Source of the DNA: Thermoanaerobaculia bacterium
Lineage (GTDB): Bacteria; Acidobacteriota; Thermoanaerobaculia; Multivoradales; JAGPDF01
Reading direction: 5' to 3'
Length of the DNA: 64,000 nucleotides
NCBI GenBank assembly: GCA_050186295.1
Contig: JBFWYP010000001.1
Location: 70,069 to 134,068 of the forward strand
The stretch's first letter is position 1; each line of letters starts with the position of its first letter. The notes beneath the pieces are model-generated. The model ran no database searches, was not told the DNA's origin, and saw only the letters and a list, made by a program, of their open reading frames with translations. This document shows positions 60,327-64,000 of the stretch, one piece after another. The position numbers and the translations under genes were made by a program.

Positions 60327-61783
60327 GAGGGACCTCCATCGGACATGTCGATCCCGAGGAGGAAGTCTCGCTCATCGTGCCTCCGATTCCACGGCACTCC
60401 CTGCCAGGCGGTTCCACCGAGATACAACGCGAAAAACAGTCCTGCCGAGACCGTGAGGCGGGACAGCGGCGACTCTGCGAGCTCCGAAGCCAGTTTCGCG
60501 CCCCCTCCGGCCAGGGCATTGAGCAACACGATCCGGCCCAGATGACGGAGCTGGGGCGCGAGCCCGTAGCCCAGCCACCGATCGGAGTACCGGAGGTTCG
60601 CGACCAGTGCTACAGCGCTCGCCAGCGCGAAGGCCCAGGCGACACCGATCGCGCCGAACCCTGATCCCGCGACGATCGCGACGATGAGAATCGACTTCTT
60701 TACGATCTCGAGCTTCAGGAATCTCCGCGCGTGGCCCATGGCCTTCAGCGCCGCGAGATTGATCGCGCTCACCGGCGCGAACAGCGCGGCCAGAGCGAGA
60801 ATCGCGAGAACCGGCCCCGTCTCCGACCAGTCCGGACCGAGAAGGATCGCGACGAGGTCCTTCGCCCCGATCGACAGCAGGAGCATGCAGGGCATGAACA
60901 GGAACTGCGCGGTTGCATTCCAGTGACGAATCGCTCGCCGGAGCGCCGAACGATCGGTCGCGATTTCGGAGAGGACAGGAAGCCCGGTCCGATCGATCAA
61001 CCGCGTCGCGAGGAAGGTAGGAACCTGCTGGACGTTCTGGGCCAGGGAGAACCGACCGACCGTGCCGCTGTCGAACTTCCACCCCAGGATCAGGGCGTGG
61101 AGGCGAGTCGACAGCGTGTCGAGAAGTGAGGAGAGCGCCAGGAAGCCGCCGAATCCGACCAGGTCCCGGATCGCGGATCGTCGGACGCGACCTCGCGGTC
61201 GCCAGCCGGAGAACATCCACAAGCCGAGGACCCGCAGGGCCATCGTCCCGAGCGTGAAGACGATCAGGCTCCAGAGACCGCGCCCCCGGGCAGCGAGCAG
61301 AACAGCTCCCGCTCCGGCGGCGAGCGATGCACCGATCTCGATCGCCGCACGGCGCTGGAACCGCAACGCCCTCACCAGGAATCCGTCCGGCACCGCGACG
61401 AGCGAACCCAGCGGTAGCGCCAGGGAGAGCCATCGGACCAGGAAGAGCAGACCGGGTTCGCCGAACGATCTGGAAAGCCACGGCGCAGCGGCCCAGAGCA
61501 TCGCCCCTGCGATGCTTCCGCAGGCGAAAGAGGCGAGGAGCGCCGAAACCCGGTGATCCTCGGTGACGTCGGGCAGCTGGACCAGCGCAGCCCCGAAACC
61601 CGAATCGCTCAGGATGAGTCCGAGGCTGACGAAGACCATGGCGATCGAAAGCAGTCCGAATTCGCCGGGGGAAAGGAGACGTGCAAGCAACAGGAACACC
61701 AGCATCTGAATTCCGTATCGCGCGACGAGCTCGACGCCCCCCCACATCGCCACGTGTACGATGCTCCTGCGGAGCGCCTTCAT
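60323..61783 (-). CDS. Polysaccharide biosynthesis protein, Wzx-like flippase (MOP superfamily)
   Basis: About 12-14 TM helices with a typical Wzx/PST-family N-terminus; I trimmed the start to MKALRRSIVHVAMWGG. Confidence 0.8.
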   Translation of the reverse strand: MKALRRSIVHVAMWGGVELVARYGIQMLVFLLLARLLSPGEFGLLSIAMVFVSLGLILSDSGFGAALVQLPDVTEDHRVSALLASFACGSIAGAMLWAAAPWLSRSFGEPGLLFLVRWLSLALPLGSLVAVPDGFLVRALRFQRRAAIEIGASLAAGAGAVLLAARGRGLWSLIVFTLGTMALRVLGLWMFSGWRPRGRVRRSAIRDLVGFGGFLALSSLLDTLSTRLHALILGWKFDSGTVGRFSLAQNVQQVPTFLATRLIDRTGLPVLSEIATDRSALRRAIRHWNATAQFLFMPCMLLLSIGAKDLVAILLGPDWSETGPVLAILALAALFAPVSAINLAALKAMGHARRFLKLEIVKKSILIVAIVAGSGFGAIGVAWAFALASAVALVANLRYSDRWLGYGLAPQLRHLGRIVLLNALAGGGAKLASELAESPLSRLTVSAGLFFALYLGGTAWQGVPWNRRHDERDFLLGIDMSDGGPS

Positions 61784-61831
61784 GACGCAGAGCTCTCGGC
61801 TTGCCACCGCGGAACGGAAGTCGACGGCACG

Positions 61832-62860
61832 CTAGGCTCCTCGCCTTCCGAAGAGAACTCGCTCGGCCACCTGCCGGAAAACATAGAGCAAAGCCGCCGG
61901 ACGGGCCGCCACTTCCGAGAGGAAGGCCCGGCAGAACTCCAGGCTCGCCCGCGCTTCGCCCGCCCTCAAAGCTGCTGCGATACCCTTCAACGCCTGTCCC
62001 GTTCGACGGTCGGCCAATCGTCCGCGGACCCAAGGGTCCGAGCTCATCTCCGCGACGACCTCGAACGTCCGCCTGCGGAACCGGGCCCGCTGGATCCCCG
62101 ATCGCAGACTCCAGACACCCCCCCGATGCACGCGATAAACCACCGGCTGCATGTCCGGTCGTGCGATCGCCATTCCGAATCGACCCAACCATGCCCAGAA
62201 AACCGTGTCTGCGTTCACGACGTCGAGGATGGACTCCGGGAACGAGGGGTCCGAGAGCACATTTCGGAAAAGTACCGACTGGTTGATGATCGGTTCTCCG
62301 GCTGCCAACTCGCGCCGGCTCACGTCGCGGAACAGTCGGCGGGGAACGAAGTACTCGGTCGTCCGCCTTCCGTCGATCTCGCGCACGGCGTTCGTCATGC
62401 ACATGACGGCGTCCGGACGGGTGTGAAGCGTCTCGACCTGCGCCGACAACTTGGTCTCGTCCATCCAGTAGTCGTCGCCGTCGAGCCAGGCGACGAACTC
62501 TCCGCGACAGCGCGAGAGGAGGTCGAGCAGGTTGAATCGTCCGGTCTGAACCCCGTCGATCACGATCCGGTTCTCCGGTCGCTGCAGGATCAGCCGGATC
62601 CGCCCAGCGTTCCTGCTCGCGATGTCCCTGCAGATCTCTCTCGTCCCGTCCGTGGAGGCATCTTCGCCGACGAGAATCTCGAAACCGAAGTCCGTGCGTT
62701 GCGCGAGAACGGACTCCAACGCCTGGGCGATGAAATTCCGATGATTGTAGGTGGGAACGATGACCGACACCAACGGAGAGTCGGGAACCTCGTTCGCGAC
62801 CTCGAGGGGAGCCACTTTTCGAACACGCGCGACGAGACGGTCGAGTTCGCGGATCACGCG
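61832..62860 (-). CDS. Glycosyltransferase family 2
   Basis: VSVIVPTYNHRNFIAQALESV, ILVGEDASTDGT and DGDDYW motifs. I trimmed the start to the GTG at 62860 so it does not overlap the upstream GT26 gene. Confidence 0.85.
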   Translation of the reverse strand, partial: RVIRELDRLVARVRKVAPLEVANEVPDSPLVSVIVPTYNHRNFIAQALESVLAQRTDFGFEILVGEDASTDGTREICRDIASRNAGRIRLILQRPENRIVIDGVQTGRFNLLDLLSRCRGEFVAWLDGDDYWMDETKLSAQVETLHTRPDAVMCMTNAVREIDGRRTTEYFVPRRLFRDVSRRELAAGEPIINQSVLFRNVLSDPSFPESILDVVNADTVFWAWLGRFGMAIARPDMQPVVYRVHRGGVWSLRSGIQRARFRRRTFEVVAEMSSDPWVRGRLADRRTGQALKGIAAALRAGEARASLEFCRAFLSEVAARPAALLYVFRQVAERVLFGRRGA

Positions 62861-62921
62861 AAGCGTCTCCGTCTCTTCCTCGCATACGACTCCCGGCAGG
62901 ACGGTCGTGCGGAAAGGGCTC

Positions 62922-63692
62922 CTAGGGGGTAGAGTCGCCGCGGACGCCCCGCAGCCGGTAGCCGAGAATCCGGGCGCCGAATCGCGGCAGTCCGAGGAGA
63001 TATCGCTTCGCGACTCTCCTGGGCTGGACAATGAGGCGAAAGAGCCATTCGAAACCTCGATCCGTCATCCATCGCGGCCCGCGACGCTCGTGTCCGGTAT
63101 ACCAACGGAACATCCCTCCGACTGCGAGCGACGTTGCGGAAGAGAGGCGCCCGCGATGTCTCGCCATCCAGATTTCCTGTCGCGGGCAACCCATTGCGAC
63201 GAGCACCATTCCGGCCCCGGACTCGCGAACCATCCCTGCGACGCGGTGTTCCTCCTCCGGTCCGAAGTAGCCGTGATGATAACCGGCAACCATTTCGCCG
63301 AAGCGCTCGGTGACGGCCTCCGCCATCTTCTTCGCGACCTGCGGTTCGTCTCCGAGAAGGAAGACGGAGCTGCCGATTTCGCGGAGGCGAGTGAAGATCT
63401 CGTCGATGAAGTCGGGAGTCGCCATTCGCTCGGGCACCGGAACTCCGAGGAATCGCAGGCCGAGGCGTGCGCCTACGCCATCGCAGAACACGAGGTCGAG
63501 CGACCTCATCGCCTCGGCGAGCTCGGGGTTTCCGTGGAGCTCCTCGAAGATGTGGGCATTGACGTAACCCGCGCAGAGTCCCTTCCCTCCCCGGACGCTG
63601 TCGACCAGGGTGTCGATCATCTCTGCGCGCTCGACCAGATCGATGACAAGCGGGCCGAGCCGGTACCTCCGATCTGGCAGCGCCGTACTCAT
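62922..63692 (-). CDS. WecB/TagA/CpsF-family glycosyltransferase (GT26)
   Basis: 256 aa with the GT26 fold pattern (VNAHIFEEL, LVFCDGVGARLG, GCPRQEIW). Confidence 0.85.
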   Translation of the reverse strand: MSTALPDRRYRLGPLVIDLVERAEMIDTLVDSVRGGKGLCAGYVNAHIFEELHGNPELAEAMRSLDLVFCDGVGARLGLRFLGVPVPERMATPDFIDEIFTRLREIGSSVFLLGDEPQVAKKMAEAVTERFGEMVAGYHHGYFGPEEEHRVAGMVRESGAGMVLVAMGCPRQEIWMARHRGRLSSATSLAVGGMFRWYTGHERRGPRWMTDRGFEWLFRLIVQPRRVAKRYLLGLPRFGARILGYRLRGVRGDSTP

Positions 63693-63888
63693 CGCTTCAC
63701 CCGGGATCAGAATACGTCATAGTCTCGTCGAATCAGCAGTCTTGCAACGGGCGGAACCGCCCAAACCAGGCGCCGATCCGGGCACACCCGGCGACAGCGC
63801 ACCTCGGGAGCCGGATTGCCGGAAGAGGCGAGAGAATCGGGAGGCATCACGTGGAGGCGTGAAGCGCGTGCCGCGGTGATGGTGCTGT

Positions 63889-64000
63889 GCGACTCGCTTG
63901 CCATCCTGGCATCCGGGCTGTTCGCGTTCCTCACCTGGGCGCGACCCGTCCGCGGCCAGGACCTCGCGCTCTACTCGGAGCTCTGGATCCTCCTGCCGCT
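63889..64000 (+). CDS. Partial ORF (5' end only) with N-terminal TM helix; possibly a polyprenyl-phosphate sugar phosphotransferase
   Basis: ATG at 63889 is followed by MVLCDSLAILASGLFAFLTWARP... and stays open to the window end. The function is a guess from the TM N-terminus and the surrounding glycan genes. Confidence 0.3.

Overview
This is a high-GC (about 70%) bacterial chromosomal window. Genes are densely packed and most are translationally coupled by ATGA/GTGA overlaps. I found no rRNA, tRNA, CRISPR array or mobile element. Many long Arg/Pro/Gly-rich ORFs in the six-frame track are antisense or off-frame artefacts of the GC content, and I ignored them.

Main content, in order:
- A Ser/Thr kinase with TPR repeats, truncated at the window start.
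- Housekeeping and metabolic genes: a DUF1028 protein, an NPP-family phosphodiesterase lipoprotein, saccharopine-dehydrogenase-like and class-I aminotransferase genes, tandem DUF2911 paralogs, a CaiB-type CoA transferase, and a GGDEF diguanylate cyclase.
- An MgtC/VanZ/methyltransferase operon.
- A complete division/cell-wall (dcw) cluster on the minus strand: mraZ-rsmH-ftsL-ftsI-murE-mraY-murD-ftsW-murG-murC-ftsQ-ftsA-ftsZ. murF, ddl and murB are absent from it. It is preceded by mfd and two PPIase genes, and an AT-rich promoter with MraZ-operator-like direct repeats sits upstream of mraZ.
- pntAB-pntB transhydrogenase genes without the alpha-1 subunit.
- A secreted BNR-repeat protein, a ThrE exporter, and a diheme cytochrome c.

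The most interesting region is a roughly 20 kb envelope-glycan locus from 44.1 kb to the window end. It combines a UbiA prenyltransferase carrying the signature of decaprenyl-phosphate phosphoribosyltransferase (DPPR synthase) with a PAP2 phosphatase in the same operon. With them are three GT-C-like membrane glycosyltransferases (two are tandem 780-815 aa paralogs), a fused MFS-spermidine-synthase, a DegT aminotransferase / ATP-grasp / FkbM tailoring cassette, a Wzx flippase, GT2 and GT26 transferases, and the start of a priming sugar transferase at the edge. A biotin carboxylase and BCCP-domain pair sits at the locus boundary and may be one frameshifted alpha-subunit gene. I propose this is a polyprenyl-phospho-pentose-dependent glycosylation system outside the mycobacterial context; this is inference from gene content and motifs only.
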